Below, piece by piece: positions 13,187 to 26,300 of a stretch of DNA of 64,000 bases. Numbering within the stretch: the first letter of the stretch is position 1; each line of letters begins with the position of its first letter. The DNA comes from Octopus vulgaris (lineage: Eukaryota). The translations under genes were made by a program, and so were the position numbers. The notes beneath the pieces were generated by a model. The model was not told the origin of the DNA and searched no databases. It saw only the letters and a program-made list of their open reading frames with translations. Where the stretch lies: positions 1,178,001-1,242,000 of the forward strand of contig OX597835.1 of the NCBI GenBank assembly GCA_951406725.2, in the 5' to 3' direction.

Positions 13187-13959
13187 GTAAGCTGAAGTAA
13201 CCCTTTTATTTCCTCAGGTGTGCCCTTTTCAATTATATCATCATCATCATTTTTATGTCAGCTTTTCCCATCAGTGAGATGAAATTTCTTAAGACAATAA
13301 ATGCCGTCTCTGATGCTGGTTCTTACTGGTTTTGAAGTCAGGTAATTTAGTCCAGGGATCTTTGCACATTGAACCATCAAGTGGGACATTTTGGGAGACA
13401 TAAGCAAAAAATCGCCAATGCTCAATCAGTATCACTGCAAGGATATGCAGAAACAAACACATGCGCATTCACACACATGCTTGCATGTACATCCCCCCTC
13501 CCATAAGTAATTGGTGAATCACAGGCTAGAGTACAAGACAGAATGTTGTGAGATTGAATTCGAAACCACATGCAAATTTTTCTAACTACACATCTATGGC
13601 TGTCCTTACATTATCATAATCCTTGTTATCATTTTAACATTGACTTTTCCATGCTTGCATAGGTCAGACAGGTACTACATGTGTGTGTGTAGAAGGAAAA
13701 CTTTGATGCAACTTTATTTGCAGCCAATGATATGTGTTTGCGTGTGCATGTGGACATGCATACATACACGCTTCTATTCATGATTTTGACCATATGGTTA
13801 ACCTAAGCTATTTCAATGTGTTTATACATCAAGCTATGCTGACTAACAACGAAATTTAAAAGCAGATTGAAATCATACCCTACTATAAGGTCAGTCTTAT
13901 GAATAAAAGAATATATTTTATATATTTTTATTATATTTGAGTACTTTATTGAACTGTGA

Positions 13960-14362
13960 TTACGAACGTATATAAATAGGAGATAGAAATATTACAGGCA
14001 CTTCCCCCTCACACACACACTAACTAAACATAGACACACATCGAGGTATACGCATGCGCAAATGAAAACATACAATAGGAATACAAACTACAAAATGGCT
14101 GACTGTAAGTAAGGAGAGACACACAAATAAGAAAGAAGAAAGCAAAGGACCACTGATGAGGTCACAGAAGTGTGACAAAAGAACTCTGGCCGAAATAAGA
14201 TTAATATAAAAATAATAACGCTGAAGCAAAGTAATACCAAATATATAGTGCGCATGTTTTTATTGGCTAAACTGGCAAAATGACCATTCCTAAATACAAC
14301 AACATCTGTTTCAACACACGATTTCACATCAAAAATTTTGCAAAACAAATATATAAACGTAT
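13960..14362 (+). mobile_element. Non-autonomous Penelope-like/retrozyme-like element, copy A
   Basis: Close copy of 17580-17899; contains a hammerhead motif; ends in (TA)n. Confidence 0.7.
14147..14191 (+). ncRNA. Minimal type I hammerhead motif, G12A mutant (likely inactive)
   Basis: GGACCA-CTGATGA-G-GTCACA gaag TGTGAC-AAAA-GAAC-TC-TGGCC; GAAA box reads AAAA. Confidence 0.7.
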
Positions 14363-14371
14363 ATATATATC

Positions 14372-14533
14372 TCTGATGAGTTTCTTTCAGTTTCTGTCTA
14401 TCAAATCCACTCACAAGGCTTTGGTTGGTCCGAGGCTATAGTTGAAGACACTTGCCCTAGGTACCATACAGTGGGACTGAATTCAGAACCGTGTGGTTAA
14501 GAAGCAAGCTTCTTCCCACACAGTCACACCTGT
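14372..14533 (-). mobile_element. SINE family 1, 5' half
   Basis: TTCTTTCAGTTTC..AAATCCACTCACAAGGC..GTGGGACTGAA..CACACAGTCAC. Confidence 0.85.
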
Positions 14534-14933
14534 TTATAATATCAAGTTAATATTTATAATTTAGTGGTATAGTCTTACATAAATGTTTTGATACAGTTAT
14601 TTACATACTAAAGGAGATAAGAATTAATTGTAGAAAGATAGGAACTAGCAAAACAGGTGTGGACCTTGGAAGCCTAATCACAAGTAATTCATTAAGGAGG
14701 GCAGTAACTACCAAAAGGAATTGATACAGAGGAAAAAGTCTTGTCAGGAGCCACCTTTCTAATGTTGGAGGCTTGATCTAAGGGCCCCATTCAAGCCTGT
14801 AAAGAAATGGGCGATGGGAGGGGTGTTTAGTTGTGAAAAGTTGGTACATAAGTGTAAATGGTGGTACACTTATCGCAAATATATAGACGCGTGAGTTCAA
14901 GTCTCATGCATACGGAAAACCCATTTTTAAGAT

Positions 14934-15790
14934 AGGTGCAAGCATTGCTGTGTGGTAAGAAGCTTGCTTCCCAACCACATGGTTCCAAGTTCAGTCCACT
15001 TCACGGCACCTTGGGCAAGTGTCTTCTACTATAGCTTTGGGCTGACCAAGGCCTTGTGAGTGGATTTGGTAGGTGGAAACTGAAAGAAGCCCATCATATT
15101 TATATATATATATAAATATATGCATATATACATACATATATGTACATACCTACATATATATATGTATATATACATGCATATATGGGTACAGGACATCAAA
15201 AATACATGGAACACAACGAGAAACGAAAACAAAAACATAGAAACAAACTTTTTTTCAAACAACAAAATAAACAGAGTACAATACATACAACACAAGGAAA
15301 ATTCCCCTTCTTCAGCCGCCTCTGTTTCGTCTACTACGTGTTTCGAAGGTAAGGACAAGATGCAACTTTGTTGAAACAGTCCTTCCTGCAAAGCAAATGA
15401 AATAAAATTTGGGATTTTTTGCGGAGAGTGAAAGTGGTAACAAGAACAGAACAGTAAAAACAAAAGAAAAGTAAAAACAGTAAAAGACAGAACAAAGAGA
15501 ACAAAACAGTAAAAACAAACAATGAGGGCCGTTAAGCCATGACGATGGGAAAATTATTATATGTGTGTGTGTGTGTGTGTGTGTGTCTCCCACTACTGTT
15601 TGACAATTGGTGTGGGTGTGTTTGCATCCCTGTAACTTAGCAGTTCAGCCAAAGGGACCAAAAGAATAATTACCAGGCTTAAAAAATAAGTATCAAGGTC
15701 GATTGATTTAACTGAAAATTCCTCAAGGTGGTGGCTCAGGATGGCTGCAGTGTAAAGACTGAAACAAATAAAAGACAAAAGATAAAAAAA
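14934..15790 (+). mobile_element. SINE family 1 split by a ~380 bp insertion in its internal (TA)n
   Basis: 5' half at 14934-15095, 3' half at about 15560-15790, unrelated sequence at about 15180-15555. Confidence 0.8.
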
Positions 15791-16425
15791 GATTTGTAAC
15801 CAGGTAACTCGGACCATGAAAGAATGTGAGATGTTTTAAGATCCAGTGAAACCATGGAAACGGGAAAAGATAGGACATAAAATGATAACAACTACTGTGT
15901 GTGTAATGAGGAAGAGAGAAAGAAATTGAAATCACATTGTTAAATGGCTGCTGTGATTAGGATGGCGAAATTGTGTTGGAATAAAGTCAGAACAATTCAC
16001 CTGCAAAACGAGTTGAATTATGAAATGTCTATTAATATGTATTAATATGTATGGTGTTCATAATTAAGATGATGATGATGATGATGATATGTATGTATTT
16101 GTGTCCGTGTGTTTATGTATGTCTGTATGTCTGCATGCATGTGTTCATTCATTCAAGTCCAACTCGTTTGACCAGTTTCTTGATCTGAAATCGTGTGCTT
16201 AAACGGAATCAGTTCCAACTTTTGAAGGTAGCCATTTAAAACAAACACACATATATATATATCATGGTCACTTTTATTTTACTTTGTCATAGCATTATTT
16301 ATGTGTGAGAGAGAGAAATAATGACTATGTGTGTGTATGTATGAATGAATGAGGAATAACGAAATATATATATATATATTTATATATATTAACCAATGTA
16401 CTTTATTATGTATATATCTATTATA

Positions 16426-16515
16426 GCCGATCTTGCCAATTGGTTTTGTAATAGGGGTTCAACATGATGTTAGGTAACAACCCAATTACGAATACTTGTG
16501 CTCTTCAGAATTGGC
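16426..16515 (-). ncRNA. Degenerate hammerhead motif (palindromic CCAATTGG stem III family)
   Basis: Minus strand: GCCAATT-CTGAAGA-long stem II-AAAA-CCAATTGG-CA-AGATCGGC. Homologous to 35821-35923. Confidence 0.5.
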
Positions 16516-17396
16516 AGCCATGGGAGCAAATATGGCAACTGCTCTCTATTGTTGGAGGTGAAAAGACACATCCAACTTGTGGTTGCTATAGAAAAAGACG
16601 ATGAAATGAATTGAGCAAGGGTTTAAGTTAGGAGTTTTGTACAAATGGTTCAAACCAGATGTGTTTCTTCAGAACCAAATACAAAGCACTGTCACTTATT
16701 CACAACCTTTCAGGAAAACATGGAATCATTCTTTGTCAATGAAATGCACCTAAAGTGATGTAACTAAATACCTGATAAACAAACTCTCCTCTTCTGTTTG
16801 ATTTCCATCTATAACACATCCTGGCTTTCTTATACACTTTCTGTCGTTTTTACATCGATGTGTATATGTGTGTGTGTAATATATATTTTAAATTTCTTAC
16901 ATGCATATGTAGTTAAATAAGATTCAGGTAAAAATCTTGTATGCAAAGTTTGTCTGCAGTTATTGGCTACCTGGTGTCATCATACAGTGGAAATACTCCT
17001 GCTACTGGATGTACATTAGGAATTCCATAGTATCCATGGAGATAAATAATAGAAAATGGAATGAATGGCATTCTTTATTTAAAATCACTACAGTTGGTTT
17101 GACATATTTTTACACCTGTAGAACATAGATTGGTGATATGTTGTGTAATCATTGTCATACATCCAAGGTGTAAAATGCACCTCTTCTGACAATTATTTAA
17201 GTAAGTCTCTCGTTAAGGTCCTACTGTCATTTCACTCCATGTGAGAATAAATATATATAAATGAACTGGTCTGTTGAGCGTTGTCTTTGTCTAGCCCCAA
17301 ACCTTCACTGATCTAGCAAGCCTTTGATCAAAAGTGCTCCAGACATGATCATTCCAGCATTTTCTATATCGAAATCTACATTATTCAATATATTTC

Positions 17397-17899
17397 TTAC
17401 GTTTATATATCTGTTTTGCAAGATTTTTGATGTGAAATCGTGTGTTGAAACAGATGTTGTTGTATTTAGGAATGGTCATGTTGCCAGTTTAGCCAATAAA
17501 AACACACGCACTATAAAAAATATAATAAAAATAATAAGTAGGTGTAAACACATGAACAAAATAAACAAAAACAAATTACATGAACATGTATAAACAGGAG
17601 ATAGAAATATTACAGGCACTTCCCCACACACACACTAACTAAACATAGACACACATAGAGGTATATGCATGCACAAATAAAGACACATACAATAGGAATA
17701 CAAAATACAGAATGGCTGACCGTTAGTAAGGAGAGACACAGAAATAAGAAAGAAGAAAGGAAAGGACCACTGATGAGGTCACAGGAGTGTGACGAAAGAA
17801 CTCTGGCCAAAATAAGATTAAGATTAATGTAAAAAATAAATAAAGCTGAAGCAAATTAACACCAGATATATAGTGCGGGTGTTTTTATTGGCTAAACTG
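17397..17899 (+). mobile_element. Non-autonomous Penelope-like element, copy B, with inverted terminal segment and 12-bp TSD
   Basis: 17398-17513 is the reverse complement of the copy A 3' end. Flanked by direct repeats TCAATATATTTC (17385-17396, 17900-17911) inside an older repeat. Confidence 0.8.
17764..17808 (+). ncRNA. Minimal type I hammerhead ribozyme, intact core
   Basis: Stem I GGACCA/TGGCC; CTGATGA (17770-76); stem II GTCACA-ggag-TGTGAC; GAAA (17794-97); short stem III G-AA-C; CUC cleavage triplet ending 17803. Confidence 0.8.
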
Positions 17900-18679
17900 T
17901 CAATATATTTCCTTTTCTTTTAAGACCGTATGGTGTAATTCGAGAGAGATTTAGCTACTGTTTCTCAATCAAATGACTGACCAGAGGCTTCATGGGTTGA
18001 TTAACTTCATTTTGAATAACACAGCAGTGTTACAGAGTATGAACTACCAATTCCTTGGCTGCTCTTCTAATATCTTCCAATGTTTTTTGGATCAATTCAG
18101 TATTGGCACTAGTTTGTTACTAGTTCTGTATTGATCTCATTTACTGATGGTTTGGTAGAATCAGTAGAGCAGCAAACAAAATGCATTGTGAGGGATCTTG
18201 TAGCATCCATTTCTATTGTGGATTTGAACCTCATCAAGGTCAGTTTCACTTTTCAGCTAGGTTGTTAAAATAAAGTACACATTAACTCCTGGAGTCAGTA
18301 GAACCAGATATACCTGTTCCTTTCTCTAGATCTCTGACCTTGTGCCTATGTCTGGAATCAATATATTGATCCCATGTTAATTTATGTTCTACATTGAAGG
18401 CTGTGTTAAAATATGAAAATCTATCAAAACAACTGCAGTTGTTTTACAACCAATACATCAGCCGATTATTGACAGCCGTTAGGGACAAACATTGTGTGTA
18501 TGGACAAACCGTGTCTCAGTACACAAAGTTGATTGCTTCTGTTGATTGGCAGGAGATGTCAGCTTACAACCAACATACTACACTGACGACAAAATATACA
18601 TTCCTTTGACCAGAAAGCTTTAGGTGCATTTACGTATTCTAAGTTTCAATTAGAACAAGGTTTTGGTACAATAAGGTAG

Positions 18680-19084
<405 letters not shown>

Positions 19085-19319
19085 TAAATTATGTAATTCC
19101 ATTTGATTTCAATGTCTTTTTGTTTGCCTTCCTTGTTTATTATTATTATTTTTTGATTTAAAGTTTTGCTTTTCTATTTGTAAATTCAACTTAAAATACA
19201 AGCTTTTGTGGAGACATGTCCACACAAAGAATCAGTCTTCACTTTTGAAGTGGCATATATGTAACCTCTGTGTGTGTGTGTATGTGTGTGTGTGTGTGTG
19301 TGTGAACACCTGTCATGGC

Positions 19320-19745
19320 TATCCCTCAAGGTTGAGGATGATTTTTTTTCTTTTAATAGTTATTGATGGATTCTGCGGTGATTGATGAATACAATTCTTA
19401 CTTGGAAGTTTCTTCTACTTGGAAGTTGTTCCAGATAGAAAGGGGTCCTTTCTGTGGTCCGTTCTCTCTCCTTTCTGCATTCTCCTCCTCCTTATCTCAA
19501 AGGTCATTAATCCCTCTTTGATGATGGATCTCCAGCTTTCTCAATCCTGGGCATTTTTCTCCCAGTTTTCCGTGTCAATATTATATTTCTTGAAGCTGGC
19601 TTTCAGGACATCTTTGAATCCTGTCTTTCGCCCTCCTCTCCTTCATTTACCTTCTTTTAGTTGGGAGTAGAGAAACTGCTTTGGTAGATGGTTGCTTTTC
19701 TTCCAGACAACATGACCAGTTCATCTCAGCTGTTTGTCAGCAATG
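19320..19745 (-). mobile_element. RTE-type LINE 3' ORF remnant
   Basis: Minus translation QLR*TGHVVWKKSNHLPKQFLYSQLKEGK*RRGGRKTGFKDVLK matches the RTE C-terminal RWxGHV..LPK..L motif. Confidence 0.75.
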
Positions 19746-21134
19746 TTCATTCCACCCGGCTGTTGTTGGTAGATGTCACTCGGGGCTAGATTTCACCTCA
19801 CCGCTATGTATTTGTAGAATTCTGGTGCCATAGAATTCAGGTGCCATAATAGGTGTCTCTACGTTTCTATTCAACCTGTCAGAAACCTCAGCTTTTCTCT
19901 CGCACATTCTCTTCTTTTTAAAACAGGAAAGAAAGTAAAGCATTCTTAAGTTACCAGTTGGGATGGTCATATCTGGAAATTCTTTTGATATGATTACTGG
20001 TTCAGTGTTTCCAAGTATACACACATACAGTCTCTATACAGCAGATCCGACTGCTACTGTTTTATCTCATTATCCAACCTGCAAGAAAGAGCAGCCAATC
20101 ATTCAGTTTCCTAATTTCCTACATCATCTGGTGTCCATTACTACTTAGCAAGTTATTGTGAAGTCTGCTTTGCTGGGATCAGGAGGACCAAATGACTAAA
20201 TCTTTTCTGGATTTGTCTCCTTTACACTGCTGCAATATTTAAATATTAATCATTCGCTAATATTATGTTAACTAAACAATTTCAACATTGGACTTCTCTC
20301 TTCTCATCATCTCTCCTTCTCTTTCACTTTTAGACATTTTTTCCTGTTGCAGTCCTTTTGTCTCTCTCTTGCTTTCCTCCACTTCTCTCCTCACTCTTTT
20401 TATCTATTTCCCCCTCTTTTACGTCTCTTTTGTTCATCTTTCATCTCTCTTCTCTCTCCATTTTTTATACTTTTCAAAATCTGTTCACTCTTTTCAAGGT
20501 CGTTTTCTTTTCTCCTTATACTCGCTCCTCCCCCCCTCTTTTCCTTTCTAATTCACTCTATCTCTCTTTCACTCACTCTACTTTTCTCTCTCAGCTTCAT
20601 TTACTATGTCTTTCTCAACCTCATCCCAACACTACATAAGCTAATCACTCTATTCAATAGAACCACTTCTGCTGTACAACATTTCCATATTTCCATCTGA
20701 CTTAACTCTGATATTTTTGCCACTTGCTCCATCTGACATTAAAGATATCTCTCCCTCTCTCCCTCTCAATATCCTTGCTCTCCACCCTCTTTTTCTTGCT
20801 TAAATGAATCACAAAAATTTCTTCCACAATACACTGAACATATCCACTCAGAATTTCTTAAATGGGTTGATTGGACAAGGGTAATGGGGGTGGAGGGAGA
20901 TTGGTAGGGTTTACCTTGATATATCTACTGTTCACAATGCAACGCTACATCTCTACTTCTTACCGTTTTGCATCCACAGTGTGTTGGTGCTCTGTTTGCC
21001 TTCAATGCAAGAATTGCAACATCAGAAACTGTGTTCTTAATTTGAAAATTTTCATTTCTGAACTCTGTAGATCCCTTACTAAGTTCCCAGACAGAGTACT
21101 GAAGACTGCTTTCTTCACATTCTTTGTAGGAATA

Positions 21135-21365
21135 GGGTAAAAGGTAAAGACCCCTTTTGGTCATGAATGACCATGGGAATGTACTTAGAAAGCTCTCCTT
21201 CAAGGAACATGTCTAGGCAAGGTTGTTTATAAAAGACCAGTTGTTGCCCTTGCGTACCGGCCTCCCCCTCTCCATGCCACCGATGTTATCCAAGGGAAAG
21301 GAAAAGGCCAATACAGCTTGGCACCTGTGACATCACAACTCATTTCTACAGCTGAGTGAATTAAG
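21135..21365 (-). mobile_element. SINE family 3, partial
   Basis: AAAGACCCC..GGTCATGAATGACCATGGG...TCCAAGGGAAAGG; matches 55905-56245. Confidence 0.8.
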
Positions 21366-22689
21366 GCAGGTAAAAAGAAAGTGAGATGGGGAGGAGGAAG
21401 AATATCATGTCTTTGAAACAGGCACAGAACCTACTGTCTCTGCTGCCTTTTATGCCTGACTACAGTAGCATTGCATAAGAAAAGAGAGAACATATTGAGT
21501 CATAGAGAAACCCTGATGTTGATTATCTGTCAGTAGAGCAGGATGAGAAGAGCAAATTCAGCTTTCAGATAAGTCATTGGGAAAACTACTTTAGCTTGTC
21601 TATCAATTCAGACCCTTGGTGCAATGTTCAGGCAGAAATAGCAAAATCCAGTATGACCTTTGAATTATAAGCTCAGTCCATTTGGCATGTTTCAAAACAA
21701 CTTCTGTGTTGAAGAAACCTGAGGCTTAGGAGGTATTTGTCATGTAGTTGGATTGAACCCAGAACTCTGTGATTGGGAAGAAAACTTTTTGACTACTCTG
21801 CCATGCATCTATTGGTGTAGGTGTTCCAATCCAGCTCTTGGCGTGGATAAATACTATGTGTGTTATCTTCTTGCTTCCAGCCCTCAGCAGTTTGATGGGA
21901 AGGCCATCTTAGGTTCTCCACAAATATTTATCATTTGAGAGCCATTTTCACCTCATGGGATGACAATCAATCCCTTGTGAATCTTATAGACTCCCTATAA
22001 CATTATCATTGACTACTTACGGGTTGTCAAATGCATCAGTGAAGTGTTCTTGCCAGGACTGCAGGGTTTTCACGAGTTCTTTGATGATAGTAGTGTTGTT
22101 CTTGCATTATAGAAGAACTACAGTAGAAGTTGGTGGGCTGAACATTCCATATTCTATAAAACAGCATAAAATCCTTTGAATTTCTGAAGAGACCTTCAAC
22201 CACCATTCCTTTTTCTTAGTTCTCATTGTAACATCACTTTCTATTCCTTTCAAGTCCTCCCAGTAATGAAGCACACTGGCTCGGATTCTTCATGAAGAAT
22301 TTTTCATTTTCAGTTGCCGGCTGATAGGATTGTTGTCATTAAACTAGTTTGTATGGTTCTTCATTGTAAAACCCAGGGCATTGGACTCACACTGAGAACT
22401 CTTCGTTTTTAATGTTCTCCCATGTTTCATCAAAGTCAAGTGATTCGTTTTAAGTTTCAAATGCATTTGGCAGTTTCAACTTTGTAACATCGGATTTGTG
22501 TTTTAAATTTTCCTCACACCATCCTGTGACCTGTGTCACACTATGCACTTCATGTCACATGTATGTTACATACATCACCAAGGTCATATTTGTGGATGAT
22601 GACAAAGTCAGTCATGTAACCACTCTTAGATCTCGAGTGAGTCCATGTAACCTTGCACTTGAGCTTTTAAAGAGAGTCACCTTGAGCAT

Positions 22690-23085
22690 GAAAGCTTAAA
22701 ATGTTGGCTGTGGAAGGGCTGTCATCAGAACCTCAATGGGAACATAAAGTGTTAGAAGTGTAAGACGTGGTCATGTACTCCTTTCCAAGGATGGGTCTGT
22801 CAACCATCTGAAGCCCCATAAACGGTCAATTGTATGGGATGTCCTTCCTCTCAGACCAGGTGATTCAATGTTTATAGTGTGTGAAAGGGCTTGCAAGTCA
22901 ATTTCAGGTCTGAAGAAACATATGACAATTCACAGGGATCATATCTCACAAAGTAATGCAGGACTGAAAAGTCATCTGAGAGTTCATGGACAGAATGTCA
23001 GAAATGGCATTGATAACGAGGAAGCTGAGAAAAAAACTAATCGTCTGTGAAGATCGAGCAATCACCATATGTTTGTATGTATTTC
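22690..23085 (+). mobile_element. LINE 3' remnant with decayed C2H2-like motifs
   Basis: CERACKSISGLKKHMTIH and AGLKSHLRVH, typical of RTE-type LINE C-termini. Confidence 0.5.
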
Positions 23086-23149
23086 TGTGTGTGTGTGTGT
23101 GTGTGTGTTGTCATCATTATGGTATCCCTCATGTTTTTGTCTTTTTATT

Positions 23150-23480
23150 TAGTTATTGATGGATTCTGAAGTGATTGATGAGTTCAATTCTTGCTCAGAA
23201 GTTCCTTCAACAACTGGGACAGGGGGTTCCAGTTGGAAGGTCTCTTTTTTGGTTGTTCTTGTTTATCTTTTCCATGCCTCCCCCTCTTGTTTGGCAATCT
23301 TGCTGGTCCCAAAAGTTGTTAGTGTTCTCAATCCTCAGCATTTCTCTCCCAGTCCTTGGTGCCTTAGAATTGGCTGCCAGAGCATCTTTGAATCTTTTCT
23401 TTTTCTGTCCTCTTCTTCATTTCCCGTCTTTCCAGAGAAGCTGCTTTGGAAGACGGTTTTTCATCTGGACAACATGACCT
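23150..23480 (-). mobile_element. RTE-type LINE 3' remnant
   Basis: GHVVQMKNRLPKQLLW; related to 19320-19745, with a shared TAGTTATTGATGGATTCTG end. Confidence 0.65.
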
Positions 23481-23566
23481 GTTTCTGGATGATGAAAGCT
23501 TGTATGCATACCTACGTATATATGCATATATATGTATATGTATGTATATATGTGTTTCTGGGTGTA

Positions 23567-23617
<51 letters not shown>

Positions 23618-23618
23618 A

Positions 23619-25038
23619 CAGTAGTGGCCAAAATTAGAGAATGAAAATAAAAAATAAAGATATTTACATTTCTGCTTCATTTTTCCGAATGGGATTTTTA
23701 GTGTCATATATCAAGTTGAGTAAAAAGTAAGCAACGTTTTGAACAATGAAGAATTTGTACCAGATTTTTACAGAGTTTTGAATTTTTTTTTTTAAACATT
23801 TTTTTGCAATTGTTTGATAATACAGACATAAACTTGCCCAAATGCATCGATAATTTAACAATGATGTCTTTTCACCATTGTTACAATCATCTGAAATGGA
23901 ACTGTCAAAGTGTGATATTTGAGCAATTTTGCTATTCAACTTCAAAAAAGGGCGTAAAACAGCTGAAATTGCTCACAATATCAATGAAATGTTTGGTGTG
24001 TAAATGACCAGTGAGTGGTCAGCTTGAAAATGGTTTAAATGATTTTGCAGTGGAGTCCTGGGCCTTGAAGATCATTAGTATAGTGGACGCCCATCTGTCA
24101 TCGATGACAGTCAATTAAAGACTATCATTGAGAAAGATCCACATAAAACCACTTGAGAACTGACAAAAGAACTTCAAGTTAGCCAGAAAACAGCCTGCAA
24201 CCATTTGCATGCAATCAGAAAATCAAAAATGCTTGACAAATGGGTACCACACGATTTGAAGACGGATCCATTTCTCGATTGTATTTTAACTTGTGATGGA
24301 AAGTGGATTCTGTACAATAGTAAAAAACATTCTTCACAGTGGTTGGACCAAAATGAAGCACCGAGTACTTTTCAGTTCTTCATACTGATGAGCGGTTTAA
24401 TGGAGGAAGAATAGGTATGAAGTCCAGCTTCCTTCAAATGACAAGCCACAATCTTCTGAGACATTCATTCCATAATTACAATTTACTTGGTGAGAAATTC
24501 CTGCAACAGTACTGAAGCAATCTCTTAACGATAGCCACTGAATCACACGGTCTCTTGCCAAACACTTGCTTTTGGTGATCTCCTTTGTTTTCTTAATGAC
24601 ACAAATGAGCTTGTTTCTTCGTAAAGCTTAAATATTCTTGAAACAACACTCTTTGATTTGTTAATGTCTCTGGTGATAGCAAAAATTGCCATTCCTTCTT
24701 TTTTCAATGGGACAACTCGCTTCCTGAGGCTTTCATCAACTTTTCACTGGCTTTCCATGCTTATCAATTCATTACTGTTCTATAGAAACCTTTGCACTGC
24801 TCAGTCAGTTTAGTTTACATTGGTCAGAGTGTTGCTAGATTTTACTTTTTGAATTTTACACCGTACATTCTCTAATTTTGTCCATTTTGTATTTTACACA
24901 TAAACATTTTCTCTATTATTAATTATGTAGTTATTAATCATGTCCTACAAAATTTATTGTAAATAATGAACACACTCTATAGTATATACAGTAAAAATCC
25001 CATTTAGAAAAATGAGTCTCCAATTTTGGCCACTGTTG
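23619..25038 (-). mobile_element. Internally deleted Tc1-like transposon
   Basis: TA|CAGTAGTGGCCAAAATTAGAGA ... TCTCCAATTTTGGCCACTGTTG|TA imperfect TIRs. Decayed N-terminal transposase on - at about 24370-24760. Confidence 0.75.
23709..24370 (+). mobile_element. 5' part of a mariner element nested in the Tc1-like element
   Basis: TIR-like TATCAAGTTGAGTAAAAAGTAAGCAACG; KWVPHDL and ILTCDGKWILY motifs. Confidence 0.75.
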
Positions 25039-25807
25039 TATATATATATATATCATCATCATCACTTTACCATCCACTTTCCCATGAGTTGGACAGAATT
25101 TGTCAAGGCAGATATTCTATGACTAAATGCTCTTCTTGTCATCAGCCCTGCATGTTTCCAAGTAAGGTAATATTTTCCCATGACCATATATGCTTCCATG
25201 GCAAATTGGACACAGAGGATACCATTTGCTTGATGCTGACACTCACTTACAATTGTCTTGCAGTGTCAAGCCAAGGGGACAGTTACACACACACACATGA
25301 TGGGCTTTCAATTTCTGTCAACTAAATCCTCCCCGAACGCTTTGATCAGCCTGAGGCTATTAGAAAAGACACCTGCCCAGTGTGAATGTGTGTGTAATCA
25401 GTGGTCACTGATGATTCATCCCCTCCATTTACAGTTTCTTGTTATAAGCATTGTTTCAAGTGAGACTAAAATATGCACTTGGCAAGAAATTTGAGTCATG
25501 TTGCATTTACCTTGACCTTTCTACATGTTATCAAAAAAGAAACTAAATGTTTAAATTCTATTGGTGATTATTACTATTATTATTCAGTAGTTTTATTTTT
25601 ATAGCTTGCTTTCACTTCACTACCGAGCGCAGCTCTGTGTGCCTTGGGTGTGTGCTGTGGTTTGCTGTGATGCTCTTATTTTCACTGTATTGAAAGTGTT
25701 TTGCATAGGATGTGTGCAGTGCCCAGTATGCAATTTTTGTATGTTATATGTGTTTTTGTAAGTCCTGGTGTTTTTGTTATGTATTTGTCTATTGTTATTA
25801 TTATTAT

Positions 25808-26300
25808 TAAGGCAGAGAGGTGGCAGAATTGTTAGCATGCTGGGCGAAAGGCTAAGTGTTATTTCGTCTGCCACTACATTCTGAGTTCAATTCCGCCAAG
25901 GTCGACTTTATCTTTCATCCTTTTGGGGTCAGTAAATTAAGTACCAGTTGAGTACTGGGGTCAGTGTAATCGACTACTCCCCTCCCCCAGATTTTAGGCC
26001 TTGTGCCTATAGTAGAATGGATTATTATTATTATCATTATTAAGGCAGCAAGCTTATAGAATTGTTAGCATTCAGGAAAAATTGCTTAGTAACCATTTGG
26101 CTGTCTTTACAACCTGGGTTCAAATTCAGCTGAGGCCGACTTTGCCTTTCATTCTCTTTCAGGGTCAATGAATTAAGTACCAGTGAAACACTGGGGTCGA
26201 TGTTATCGACTAGTCCCCTCCCCACAAATTTCAGGCCTTGTGCCTTTAGGAGAAAGCATTATTATTATTATTATTATCTATTATTATTATTATTATCTAT
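25808..26300 (+). mobile_element. Two tandem SINE family 2 copies with (ATT)n tails
   Basis: Each runs TAAGGCAG..GAATTGTTAGCAT...TTCAA...AATTAAGTACCAGT...GGCCTTGTGCC...(ATT)n. Confidence 0.85.

Noticed and set aside
14373-14380. Isolated CTGANGA hits (also about 5402, 24385, 27225, 60342, 61624)
   Set aside because: No stem II-GAAA-stem III-UH arrangement; expected by chance.
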